A stretch of DNA of 64,000 nt from Chiloscyllium plagiosum (Eukaryota): assembly GCF_004010195.1 (NCBI RefSeq), contig NC_057719.1, positions 89,736,959-89,800,958 of the forward strand. Reading direction: 5' to 3'. Positions 52,021 through 64,000 of the stretch are shown here, piece after piece; the first letter of the stretch is position 1; each line of letters begins with the position of its first letter. The translations under genes were made by a program, and so were the position numbers. The notes under the pieces were generated by a model, which saw only the letters and a program-made list of their open reading frames with translations, was not told where the DNA came from and made no database searches.

Positions 52021-52777
52021 TGTTAGGGCACGGCGTGAAGCTCATCTTGTAATTTAACCTAAACACCAAGAAAAGCTCAATTAGCCTCGAAAACTGTTAA
52101 ACTCTGAGGGACAGAGAACTCCCAAATTCCACTGTTTAAATAAAAACATCAATTTATTTTTTTAACTCGGAAAGTGAACATTTTACATCAACTATTGACA
52201 ACTTTGAGATGCCCTTTCTCTTAAATGCTTATTACCCAACTCAACTCTATAACGATATACGCTTTCAATAACACACTTATGAAAATCACATCAATGTAAT
52301 TTCAGAACACAGAAGCTGTTTTCTTTTGTCTTTTTGCGGCTCTGGATCTCCCTGGGTCGTCATCTTTCTGTTTACTGTGAAAATGTTCCATATGAAAAGG
52401 TACCTTTGATAGAGAATGTTTCCGATTTCTTGGATCTGTGTTAATGGCATTTGCTCTCTCTGCAATTTTCAAAATTCCTGCATTTTTAATATCCACAACA
52501 TTGGATTATCTCATTGGTTCGATTTTTGAAAAACAATAAATTCAAACTTGATTTGCTTTTAGTACCCAGGGGCATAATTTAAACTGACTGGTAAAATTCG
52601 AATTCTTATCCAAACAGCAACCAACTCAGGGATATATTTCAAAATCAAATGTTACATATTTTCCGTTGTCCTTTTCACTCTGAATCTGCCATCCTCTCAT
52701 ATACACAAGTGCTTGGAAGCTCTCAGTTCAGAACAACATTCACTCTCTCTTAAAGGTACACTTTCAACTTCATCACA
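52021..52777 (-). mobile_element. Solo LTR of the same Gmr1-like family
   Basis: TGTTA...TCACA; colinear similarity to 6203-7158 (e.g. gaactcccaaattccact, ggggcataatttaaactga, ctctcagttcagaaca). Confidence 0.85.
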
Positions 52778-54619
52778 TTAATACCATTATGTCAATACAG
52801 AAAAGCAAAGGATATCCGGATTTCTCTTGCCCCATAGTTTGTCAAGGTTTCATTCACTGTGTCTGGTGTGTGTCAAGATTTTTATTGGTCTGTTGACAGC
52901 ATGTCATTATTCGACTCCCTCCGTGGGAATATAACAATATTTCACTTGCTCACACTCGTTGTGTGGCAGGATTTCACTTGTTTCTTGGGGACTGTGATGC
53001 TATGACAATATCGATGTTTGTAAATGGCAGCGAACCTGGTAGAACTGTAAAGTCAATGGAGGACAGTATGGAACTCTAACAGTACAATCACACATTGGTG
53101 TAGGTTTCGGGCAGATGGGGATCAATACAGAGCAGTGTGAGGTGATGCACTTTGGTAGGAAGGACAATGAAAGACAAAACAAAAGAGGCTGCACCTTTAT
53201 AAAGGGGGTGCAGGAGCAGAGAGCATTGCGTGTGTATAAGCACAGATTATTGAAGATGTCAGGACAAGTGGGGAGAGCAGTAAAGATAACCGATTAGTTT
53301 CAGTATCTGAGCTATTTACAGGTGGAGGTGTAGGAGGGAGTCTCCATGCTCCCTCCCTGGGAGGTGGTGGTGACGATGTGTTGTGAGCCCATCCTCCTGC
53401 CCACCGAGACAGTGGGAATTCCATTTGTACCAGCTCGACACAAAAGGGAGATTGCATCAGGGCCAGGGCTTCTAAGTTGTGTCGGGTGGAAACGGAGCTG
53501 CCAGTGGTTTTAAAGTGAGAATTGCCCTTCACTGAACATTGCTCCTTACTCGGTCGGTGGGACGTGGATGTTTAAGTACCTCCACATGAGGCGCCCCGGT
53601 CCTCTCCGGCTCGTACTCGGGTCCTCCCCACTTGGCAGGGGGAGGGTGTGAGGGAACAGATACCGGGCACTCCACCACCCGGTTTGGCCCTTTCTGTCCT
53701 ATTCCAGGCTGTTAGTCCTGGAATGGGAGAAAGGGAGGGCGGGAGTGGGTGGTCTTGCTGTTAGTGCTAGGAAGAGTTAGGGGGACGGGGTATTGGTGAG
53801 GGGTCTGGAGGGAGTCAGTCCACAGTGCNNNNNNNNNNNNNNNNNNNNNNNNNNNNNNNNNNNNNNNNNNNNNNNNNNNNNNNNNNTGGACATTTCTTCA
53901 GACCACAGATACAGCACTGAGCTGGGTGGGGAGCTCAGACCATGCTCGGTGGGTCTGGTTGTGTGGCCTCCTCTGGGAAGGGAATGGTCCCCCTCTGTAC
54001 TAGCCCATCCACCAAGACTCAGTGCCTCTGATGACAAACCGTGGTGTAATTTCCCCTTATCTGCCATACTCGGGTAAACTGTGCAGGACAGGCATTGAAT
54101 GAGAGGACACCTTGGGGTAGGGTGGGTAGTTAATGAGGTGAGGCCGATAAGATAGCACCAGGAAACTAGCTCAGCTCCGTGTGGACGATCCCTTTGTCAC
54201 ACTGAATGAAAATCACACAAAGATAAATTAGTTAGATTACGCACAAAGAGTCATAGATTCTGTTGAAACCACTTCCAGTTACAAAGCTGCAGAGCAAATG
54301 CTCATCTGACCTTACACCAATATCCCTTCTTCCCATCTTTCCTGGGAAGACTGGCTCAGATTACAGGATGCTATTGAAGTGTCTACATTTCAGCATTCCG
54401 AATCCTGAAAACACGTCCTTCCGTAACACTGTCTTTCAGTCTCCCCCTCTCTGTCTACTTCCCAAACCCCTCCCATGTGGTGATATTTAAACGGATACCC
54501 CCGCCATCTCTCTCTGGCAGTGATTTTCACACCCACAGCACCCCCTTGTCATGGCACAATGGAGATATGGACTTGTAAATGGGTTGGAGCTGCACATTCT
54601 GTCACTTCCAGCATGGGCT

Positions 54620-55212
54620 GCAAGTTTCCCCACACTGGGCAGTGATCTAACACAGTGTTACTGAGCAGTGCACTTGGGTGGTGTACACAGCTCTACATGC
54701 TGGGAGGGTAACTTCTCCTGGTTTACAGATCAATGCACTGGGGTGGTGTGCAAAATCCTACATGCTGGGAGGGTAACTGCTCCTGTCTAACAGATTAATT
54801 CACCGGTGATCACTGCACAGGTCGCTGTGCTGGTCAGACTATCTGATTCAGGTTTATAGATAATGCAATGATGTGGTCTGTGCAGCTCCTCGTGCTGGAC
54901 AGATGCCGAGTTCGGGTTTATAGATTAATGCACCCTGTGTTCTGCATAGCTCCCTGTGCTGGACAGATATCTAGTCCGGATTTATAGTTCAATGCACTGA
55001 TGTGGTCTGCACAGCTCCCCGTGCTGGACAGATATCTAATCTGGACTTACAGATAAATGCACGGCTGTGGTCGGCACAGCTCTCCATGCTGGGCAGAAAT
55101 CTAGTCCGGATTTATATATCAATGCTCAGTCGTGCTCTGCATAGCCCCCCGTGTTGGACAGATATCTATTCCGGGTTTATAGATCAATGCACGGGTTTGG
55201 TCTGCACTGCTT
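54620..55212. repeat. 65-bp tandem repeat, about 9 copies
   Basis: Unit anchors at 54632, 54697, 54762, 54827, 54892, 54956, 55021, 55086 and 55151 (gtgctggacagatatctagtccggatttatagatcaatgcac...). Confidence 0.9.
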
Positions 55213-55465
55213 CACAAGCTGAATACTTGCTGGAGGAACACAGCATCCCAAGCAGCGTTAGGAGGTGTAGAATTTGATGTCTTGGGTGTAGCCATCCTTC
55301 AGGATTCTTGCAGAAGGGTTACACCTGAAACATCAACTTCTTTTAAACAGGATTTTGCTGTTCGCCTTAATATTAATTACAAGTTTAGCCTTAAAGTTTG
55401 TAGAAAAGTAGTATTACAGAAATTAATTGGATTTAAAAATGGACAAATTCCTTGAACCTGATGTA

Positions 55466-56355
55466 CAGAGGAACCTCGATTATCCGAATATCAATTATCC
55501 AAAGAAGATCTCAAGGTCCTGGTAGAAACATTACATCAAAGTGATGTTTCAATGCTGATCAAACCTTTTGTTTACAATGATTAAATATGAACTTGGCTCA
55601 CTGAAATGCTGCCAAGAACAGTCCTGGGCATGCTGTGAGGTCAGGCACCGTCTCCAAATGACTGACTGCCCGCACTCCCTCTCCCCCCACACTTTCCCTG
55701 GAGTTCTACACAGGAGCGTACCCTAACCTGCCCCCCCCCAGATAATTTCTCCAACATTAAGGTGGAACTTGTCAAAATGTTGCAGTAAAAAGGCATGTAG
55801 GGGTGTGCGTCTGTCTGTGTGCGTGTGCTCTTTTGTGACTCACACCCCTCCTCAAAGGCAGCGGCAGTCTTACTGTTGGTGTCCAGTCCGGCTGCTCCCC
55901 CCCGCTGGGAGTGGGGGGCAGAGGCAGATGGGGGCCGGGTTTGCACATGTTGTGGCAGGTGGAAAAGAGATGGTGAAAGGGGATGGATGGATGGATGGAT
56001 GCAGGGTTGGTGGCCAGAACAGGACTTGTGCGCTGTGTGCTGTTGTCTAGTCTTCTGAATGGAGAGTGGATTTAACAAGTGCTCACTGTCTCAATCCCAT
56101 TGAACTGATTTTTTTGGGGCGCGTGGGGGGTGGGGGAGCTTCAGTAACACTGCAGGTCCCTTACACGCAGGTGCATGTGCTCAGAAATAAGCCCTGACAC
56201 AGAGACAGGGAGCAAGGCAGGCAGAGCGGGGAAAAAAGGAAACTTCAGAAAACACCAAGCCCCAGAAGAGAGGCATTGAATCAATTAACCAAATAATCAA
56301 TTATCTGAACAAAATAGTGCCCGCCAAGCTCGTTCAGATAATTGGGGTTCCTCTG
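55466..56355. mobile_element. Tigger/pogo-like non-autonomous DNA transposon (MITE, 890 bp)
   Basis: TA flanks on both sides; 23-bp TIR cagaggaacctcgattatccgaa vs cagaggaaccccaattatctgaa. Confidence 0.88.
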
Positions 56356-58879
56356 TAATCAGTTTTTTGAAAGAGGTGGCTGTAGGGTTAGTAGATGCAT
56401 TTCAAAAGTCTACAGCCTGGAATTATCGCTGCTGATTCAAAGGTGAGACATGCAATTCCAAAATTAAAAACAAAGAGCAAAATGGTACTTCAACATCAGA
56501 CATAGAAAAATGCTAGAATAAATTTCAAGAGGATAAAAATATTCAATCCCAAAGGCATCCTCTTTCTGGCTTACTGCAAACTGGGTAGAGATTTTTGCCA
56601 TGAGGCCTCATCAGATTTTCCTCGCCAAATAGGCAGAAAGAACAGACCTTTCTGACAAAAATAACAAGTGTCTCATCACCGCTCTTCACAGGGTAAATGT
56701 CCTTAAACAAGTTCAAATTGTGGTTCGTCATCCCAAGCCCATATTTGGAAATAATGGATAATGAGAGGAATAGGTGGTAAGGCAGCCATGTTGGTCTACA
56801 GGAATGTCTACAGGAATACTGCAGCAGCAGAGAGGACAGCAACATCTAGGTCTTATGAACTGGAGGTTGTACATCAGGTCTCTAAATCTGGTCATCTTCA
56901 ACGCCACCAACACAGCAAACCAATCTCTTGGTAACAAAGATGATAAGTCACTAACTTTGAGACTGCAGAAAGACCATCTCCTTTAGACACACTTGCAAAG
57001 ACTCTGGTATTTGACTTTGGTGACCAGAGTTCACTAAACTACACTTCATGAGAACCCTTTCATCAGGCTTTCTATGGGTGTGTTTGTCCAGAATGAGCCA
57101 ATCACTTGAATTGTGAACGATTGTCCTGCTAATAACTTGTAAGAGTACATGATGAGACAGAACAAAAAAAGCAAGCGATGTTCAAGGTGAACACACTCTT
57201 TGAGGCCTAGATTTAAGGAAAAATAGCAAATCCAAGTTTAAAATGGTTCAAATGATGTAATGATTTAATTGTTAAAATTATCCATAAGAGTTAAGAAATA
57301 CAAAAAGGTCTTCCTTTTCAAAAAGCTTACAATGATTACCAAACCCAGAAACAAGGGCTTCAGGACCACCACTCTTACTCTACCCATAAGAAGTGCTTTA
57401 CTCCACCTAAAACAGCATTTTCTATTCATCCAGTTACCTTTAAAAGATGCGTGTATTTGCAAGCTTCCAAGTTACTCTGCTTTTGCACCTCATTTAAAAG
57501 TTGTTTCACTAACTTTAATGTCATCGATTAGTCTTTCTACAAAACTGCATCAGCTCACACTAGCGTTAAAAATTATCTGCATATTCATGTTCCCCTGAAA
57601 TCTCTGTCAGAACAACTTTGCTTGTTACTTACTATATTTGATTTTATACCATCCAAAAACTTTTAATTATGCCGTGTACTTGAGTCTCAAATATCCAAAA
57701 CAGCAGAGATCTTAATACTGACACCTAGGGAACAGAACTGTATACTTCCTCCCAGCCTGGCAAATTGCTAAATACTGTCTACTTTTTGTCCTTTGATCAA
57801 TTTCATATTCTTCTGAAAGTTAATTTTCTACTTTGCAAATCAGTGCATTATGGGTCACTTTACCAAATGCCTTTTGAAAGTCACATGTACCAAAATCACA
57901 CTAACCTCAACAGCTTTCCTTTTCTACTTCATCAAATTCTAATTTTCAGACTCTATCTGACATCTTGACTTTCATTTATTAACACAAGCTTTCACCAAAA
58001 AAAAACGAACACGTTTGCAACAGATTAACATCCCTAATGGTTTCCTGTTACAAGAAACAAAAGAAGATCAACACTGGAAATCCACACTGCAAATATTTAT
58101 AACCGCTGTACATTTAACTTTCTTTTCCTTTAGTATGTTTACCGCTGAGTTCAGGTTTGGCATTTCAGTGCAGCAAAACAGACTTCTGAAGGTACCTGTG
58201 GCTTTGCTGCAGCTTTTAAGAATTTGCAAAATGAATGATCTATGCTATTAATATTTCAGGAAAGGGAAAATAACAAAATGAAATATTAAAATAGCTCAAA
58301 CTGCATGGTGATTTAAACTTGTTTAAATAAAATCACTGAAAAGACAAACGTTTTGCCTCTGAGGCATCAGGTCATCTGCAAGAACACCAAATTTCAAATG
58401 ACTGACAATTATAGGTAAAACATAAGTGCTGATTGGGTGAATATTGCCCTGGAGAAAGCAACCAGAATATACGCACTCCATCTTTCTGATTTATTCAAAA
58501 ACACTGCAAAGCTTGAACATACTTAAAACACTTTTTCCTGCATCTGAATACATGTCACTAGCAGCCAAGTGTAAAAGGAGTCACATTAAGAGCTTGACTA
58601 ATTATGTTAATTAGGTTGATAAGAAGTGTTATCAGGATTGTTCAGCAAACGCTTCCCAATTACAGAATCGCATCAAACAACAGACATTGTGTCTTGGTGT
58701 CACAGAATGCCTACAATGCGGAAGCAGGCCACTCAGCTAGCTCAGTATGTCATTTAAACAAAATGAATGGTTTCATTTGACATTCTAGACTTTTGAATTC
58801 AAAAATTTTACCGATCAGCTGTTAAGGGATTTGAACACCCATCTCCAGAACATTAGCCTGGGTTTCTGGATTACTTGGA

Positions 58880-61180
58880 TGTAGTGAGGACTGTGTATAC
58901 TGGAAGTCAGCCGATACTGGAAGTCAGTCAATAAAAAGTGGAGCTGGAAAGGCACAGCAGGTCAGGCAGCATTAGAGGCGCAGGATAGTTGACNNNNNNN
59001 NNNNNNNNNNNNGGATGCTGCCTGACCTGCTGCGCTTTTCCAGCAACACATTTCCAGCTGTCATGTTTACAGTTCACTCTGATGAAAGCACAAATTCTTA
59101 AACGTTAATTTTCTAATATGTGAGCTTCTATGAGCTGCTTGTTGGAGGTTAGGCTATGAGCTTTCACATCTTCATGCTGTAGCATCAACCTGTCAGATTC
59201 TTTCTCTCAGAAAACACAGTCCAAAGCCCAATTCAAACTCTGACTGCACTCTTGGAGACAGGGACTGCAGATGCTGGAAGCTAGAGTCAGCACTTGTGAA
59301 ACTAGAAAAGCACAGCAGGTGAGACCGCATCTAAGGAGCATGAAAATTGATGTTTCAGGCCAAAACCCTTCTTCAGGACTGGAGAGGAGGGACGAATCCC
59401 AGAAATAAATGGAGGGAGGTGGGACTGGGGAGGGGTAAGTGGGATGGTAATAGGTGGATGCAGGTAGTGGGTTTCTTGTGATTGGTCAGTGGGAAGAGTG
59501 GAGCAGAAAGGTGAGTGAGAAGATGGATAGGTCAGGTCAGGTTGGGGAGGTGAGGGGAGGGCTGAATAGAGGATAAGACTGTGGGTGAAAGGAATTTGAA
59601 GCTGGTGAAGTCAATATTGAGGCCATTGGGTTGGAAGCTCCCCAGGTGAATATCAGGTGGTGTTCCTCCAGTTTACATTTGGCCTCATCTGACAGTGTAG
59701 GAGGCCAACAATGGACATGTCCCCAGGGGAGTGGGAAGGAGAATTAAAATGGATGGCAATGGGTTGATGTGTGCAGAGTGCAGTGCTCCGTGAACCGGTC
59801 CCTGAGTCTGTGTGTAGTCTCCTCAATATAGAGGAGACCACATCAGCAATGGATGTAATAGATTAGGTTGGACAAAGTGTAGGGGAATGGATGGAAGGAT
59901 TGTTTGGGGCCTTGGTGGGAGGGGAGGCAGATGTTGCACCTCTTGTAGTTGCAGGGAAAGGTACCAGTGAGATATTAAAGAGTTAATTTACTCTACTGAC
60001 CTGCAAGAAATTGAATGCCCCGGGGGTAAAGTAGTGTGTCTTTGCCTTATAGGTGGAATGTGGGAGGATTACACGGCCGGTTTCTTTGCCATTCAGGGAT
60101 TTACATTTTCATCGAGAAGTCAATAAGAACATTACAATTGGAATTTGACTACTCCCTTACAGTTACAAAAAACAATTTGCAACAGATTTGACCATTTAGG
60201 GATGATTTGAATTTCATTGTTTCTGGAGATGGGGTGGTCACTGCATTGTATCTTGAGTGGCATGTGACTGAGGGGATAGTTGAGGGTTGTCTTGGGACAG
60301 TACTAACTGTGATGTTCATAGTTTTGTATAAAGGACAGACTGTGTCCTTTGTTACTGAGGGGTGTATGTTAAAGGTTCCTCCAGAGAGACCCCTGGACAA
60401 AACTCTCAAATATGGCAAAGAGTGATCAGGGTTTTTCCAAAGCTTGTACTGTACTGTGCTTAATAAAATTTGGTTGCTTGTTCACAGAAGTTGCTGTGTT
60501 GTAGTTGCATCAAATGTGTAAGAACCACAAGAGTAAAAGAACTTAACACCGGGTCTGGTAGAGAGGTTGGTGGGGAGTGTAGAGTTGATGAGGGAGTCAC
60601 TGAGTGAATGGTTACTGCTCAAAGTGGAAAGGAGTGGGGAAGGAAATATCTTTTTAGTGGTTATAAGTTGTAATGGTTGTTTTTCTGATTTGTAAGTGGT
60701 AGAAATGTCAGAGGATGATGCATTAGATTTGGAGGTTGATGAAGATTAAGGGGACTCTCATTTTTGGGCGGTGTGGGGGGGAGGTTTGAGGGCAGGAGTG
60801 TGGGCGATGGAGTAGATACGGTTGAGGGAATTCTTAATTATTGAGAAGGGGAAACTGTGATCCCTAAAGTAGGAGGATATCTTGGATGTCCTGATGAACG
60901 TCTTATTCTAGCAGCAGATGCAGCGGAGGTGGAGGAATTAGGAGTATGGCCTGGCACTTTTGCAGGAAGGTGGGTGAGAGGAGGTGTAGTTGATAGAGTT
61001 AGTAGGTTTGAAATGAATGTCAGTGGTGAGTCGGTTTTCAGAGAGGTCCAGGAAGGGGAGGGAGGTATCAAAAATGATCCAGGTGAATTTAAGGGCAGGG
61101 TGAAAGGTGTTGGTGAAGTTGATAACCTGCGGGAGCACGAGGCAGCACCAACACCGTCATCAATATGACTGAGGAAGAGG
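58880..61180 (-). mobile_element. PLE remnants (palindrome across the gap at 58994; degenerate RT/EN copy 59255-61180)
   Basis: Reverse-complement homology to 15293-18225; degenerate hammerhead at 59345-59380. Confidence 0.75.
59968..60548 (+). mobile_element. Solo LTR inserted in a Penelope-like element
   Basis: TG...CA ends, 4-bp TSD ccag/ccgg, AATAAA near the 3' end; PLE sequence resumes on both sides. Confidence 0.65.
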
Positions 61181-62144
61181 TAAAGGAATCAAAGTTTTCA
61201 GGAAAAGGCAGAATGTTGACAATTGAGATTAATCGCAATCTCAGAATAGCTTAGCAGACTTGATGGGCTAAATACTTCTGTCTTATGGTGTTGTAACACG
61301 TTGGACAATTGCAAGGGCTGACTGCCTTTCCTCCAACCACCCACATGCTCTCAAATCCCTTTACCTGCCTGACTCCTAGTCACACCTCCCTGTCTCTGAT
61401 CCCTGTTTATGTCATTTTAACTAACCTAAATAATGTAACTATTTTATGGAAACTTCCTTTACCGTATGTCTGTGGCTCAGCTCAGACACTTAATTGAAGC
61501 TCCTCAAGCTGTAGATACTTAGCACAGGATGTTGTTATCATGGATTGTTGTGGCATCCGGATGTTAATATTTTGTTAATATTTATTTCAATTAATTTAAA
61601 TTATTTGTGTTCTATCAAAAATCAGTTAAATCACTTAAGTCAGCTTAATTCTAGTTCATTAATTAGATCTGCTCTGACAGCTTGTTAGTCCCCATTTAAA
61701 CCAGGAAGAAATAATGTCTTTAAACAGTAGATTTTAGTTAGTTGTTAAATATAAACAAAAATTTTGACTTTAGCAAGCGATTAACCCTTAAGATCTCTCA
61801 CTTGCCCAACCTCTGGTTTCACACACTCTGCATTTAACTCAAATTCAAACCGTGCAGGTCAACTCGAGTGGTTAGGGCATTGCTATGGGGCTGCAATAGG
61901 GATTCTCTGTTACCATAATCCTCATTATAACTTGTTTCTATGTTATGGCTTCTAACAATGGGATTCTTTCGAAGGAGTCTTGCAGTTGTCAAAAAGCAGT
62001 TACTGCTGCCTCTGAGCTTGTAATCACAAATTTAACTCTGTCATGATCATAGTTTGGGAATGTTTGCTTTAGACTAATGTAAACTTTTGTGTGTGTGGTT
62101 TTGGATGTTTCTCTAATGATAAATTGCTTCTTGTCTTCCTATAG

Positions 62145-62305
62145 ACTAGGAGAACAGTTCTACAAGGAAGCCATTGAACATTGCCGGAATTACAATGCCC
62201 GGCTGTGTGCAGAACGCAGTGTCCGTCTGCCATTTCTGGACTCTCAGACTGGTGTCGCACAAAATAATTGCTACATTTGGATGGAAAAGAGGCACAGAGG
62301 CCCAG
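62145..62305 (+). CDS. DPF3: Coding exon 2 of DPF3-like gene (requiem/d4 N-terminal domain): [53 protein letters not shown]
   Basis: Near-identical to the DPF1/2/3 requiem N domain. Branch-like ctaat (62113-62117), a pyrimidine tract and tag acceptor precede it; cag|gtttgt donor follows; 161 nt. Confidence 0.95.
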
Positions 62306-62584
62306 GTTTGTGTCCACTTGGAAGGGGGGGGGGGTGCGCGGGCTAGGGGGGAGGAGTTCACTGTTTAGTTTCTGACATGGCGCAACATGCCTGAAGTATC
62401 ACTGTAGGTTTGAAATTTTAACAGGCAATTTTAAGTCTTGCAGGGTGCTCACTTAAATTGATACTGAACAGTTTAAAGTGAGGTGCTTTGGGAACATGAA
62501 CGGCAATGATGGATTGATTTTTCCAGCCTGTTCCATGCAATTAAAATGCTCCCTATCCCATGTGAAACAAGGCAATCTCCGAAT

Positions 62585-63485
62585 CATACAGTGCAGATGA
62601 GATTCTTCAGCTCATCAAGTCCATATCAACAAAAAAGCTACTTTAAATCTACACTAGTCCCACTTTCCAATATTTGGCTCATAGGCTTGAATGTTATGAC
62701 GTTTCAAGTGCTCATCCAAGTACTTGTTAAAGGTTGTGAGGTTTCCCATCTCCCAGGCAGTGCATTCCAGCATCCCACCACCCTCTGGATGGAAACCCTT
62801 CTCCTTAAAATCATTCCCCCTTGTCATATTCCCAATAAATGAAAGGAACAGCTGCTTCCACTCCATCCATCCATGCCCCTCCAATCAGGTTCCCCCTTCA
62901 ACCACCTCTGCTCCAAAGGAAGCAACCTGAGCTTATCTAGCCTCATTTCATATGTAAGGCTCTCCATCCCAGGCAACATCCTGATGAACCTACCTCTTCT
63001 AGTGCAGTCACATCCTTACTATAGTAGAGGGACCAGAATGACTAGCTATCATCTAACCAAAGTTCAGTACAGTTCGAACATGACCTCCCTGCTCTTCTTA
63101 CCTGTGCCTTGACTGATGAAAGCAAACAGTGTGTCTTTATTAGAACGTATACGTTATGAGTGGGATTTGTAGAGTAGACAGGAAGAAACTTGCCTTCTTG
63201 ACAGGAGGGGTCAGAAGGTGTAGATTTAAGGTAAAGGGGAGAAAGTTTAGAAGAGATGTGAGGAAACGTTTTTTCCAACCAGAGGATGATGGGAATCCGG
63301 AACTCGTTGCCTACATGGAGGTAAAATAACATTTAAGAAGCATTTAGATGTGCTCTTGTGATACAAGGCATTTAAGGTTAGGAACCAAATGGTGGAAACT
63401 GGATTAGAGTAGTTAAGTCCTTTTTGCCTGGTGCAGACTTGATGAGCCGAAGGCTTTTTTCTGTGCTGTTGTCCTCTGACTGTTA
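62585..63485. mobile_element. Two CR1 3' fragments in opposite orientation in intron 2
   Basis: TFNKYLDEHLK.HNIQAY (minus strand); RRDVRKRFF.QRMMGIRN (plus strand). Confidence 0.7.
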
Positions 63486-64000
63486 TGCATGTATCGTACT
63501 TTAAATTGATTCGGCTTCCTCCGATCCAGTTCTCCAGAGTGAACAGAACTTTCAAAACGCTTTCTATCTCTCTAGACCAGGTTAACAGCCATACTCATGG
63601 AACTTCTATTTTTAATGAGGTCTGCCTGGCTGACCTTTTTGCAATCACTACATCCCTCCCCCTCCAAGTCCAGCAACATAGACCTGTTCTTTTTCTTCTC
63701 ACCTCTTCTGGGTGATTTTCACACCGGGTCTAGTTTCTCTGACTGAGCCTCAGATACAGATAACCTGTATCGGACCATGGCACAACTGTTGCGCCTGAGC
63801 ATTTGGAAGAAATTCACCTTTTGCTTCAGGCAGTAAAGGGATCAAGGCTGCAACATCTGCAGTGTCCATCTCCGACTCCAAGGTTTCTTCCATTCTGGAC
63901 AGAAGGAGAGAACACTAGTATTCTGACAGTCTTTGTTTTGAGGTGGCAAGTATGTTTTGCTCCTACGCCATTTACAAGTTAGCAGCTTTCATATAGTCCA

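Larger units (their letters stand above)
19165..62144 (+). other. Intron 1 of the DPF gene (~43 kb, TE-filled, spans four assembly gaps)
   Basis: GT..AG ends and phase compatibility of the flanking exons; contiguity across the gaps is assumed. Confidence 0.75.

Noticed and set aside
54620..55212. Regularly spaced repeats as a possible CRISPR array
   Set aside because: Whole 65-bp units are homologous (no unique spacers), there are no cas genes, and the context is vertebrate.
56540..58700. Possible very old PLE RT remnant (DETLVIF) and hammerhead-like relic near 58345-58380
   Set aside because: Too degenerate to support without a profile search.

Overview
Eukaryotic, repeat-dense DNA from a cartilaginous fish, inferred from the HE1-like tRNA SINEs and HER1/CR1-like LINEs; it has four N gaps. 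The only host gene I can support is the 5' part of a d4/requiem-family BAF subunit (DPF3-like; DPF1 not excluded) on the + strand. It has a CpG-island promoter at ~18.9-19.5 kb, coding exon 1 at 19097-19164, a ~43 kb first intron, and coding exon 2 at 62145-62305. The rest is mostly nested retroelements: a degenerate Gmr1-like Ty3/Gypsy element (integrase upstream of RT), solo LTRs, many CR1 LINE fragments, about 8 HE1-like SINEs, Tigger/pogo-like MITEs and minisatellites. The most striking non-coding signal is more than 20 Penelope-like element (PLE) termini from at least 3-4 families. Many carry recognisable minimal type-I hammerhead ribozyme motifs (CUGANGA-stem II-GAAA plus a palindromic ACGU/AGCU helix-III remnant). 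They occur mostly as short head-to-head palindromic inserts with 9-17 bp target-site duplications (TSDs). Repeat boundaries are approximate and were read by eye.
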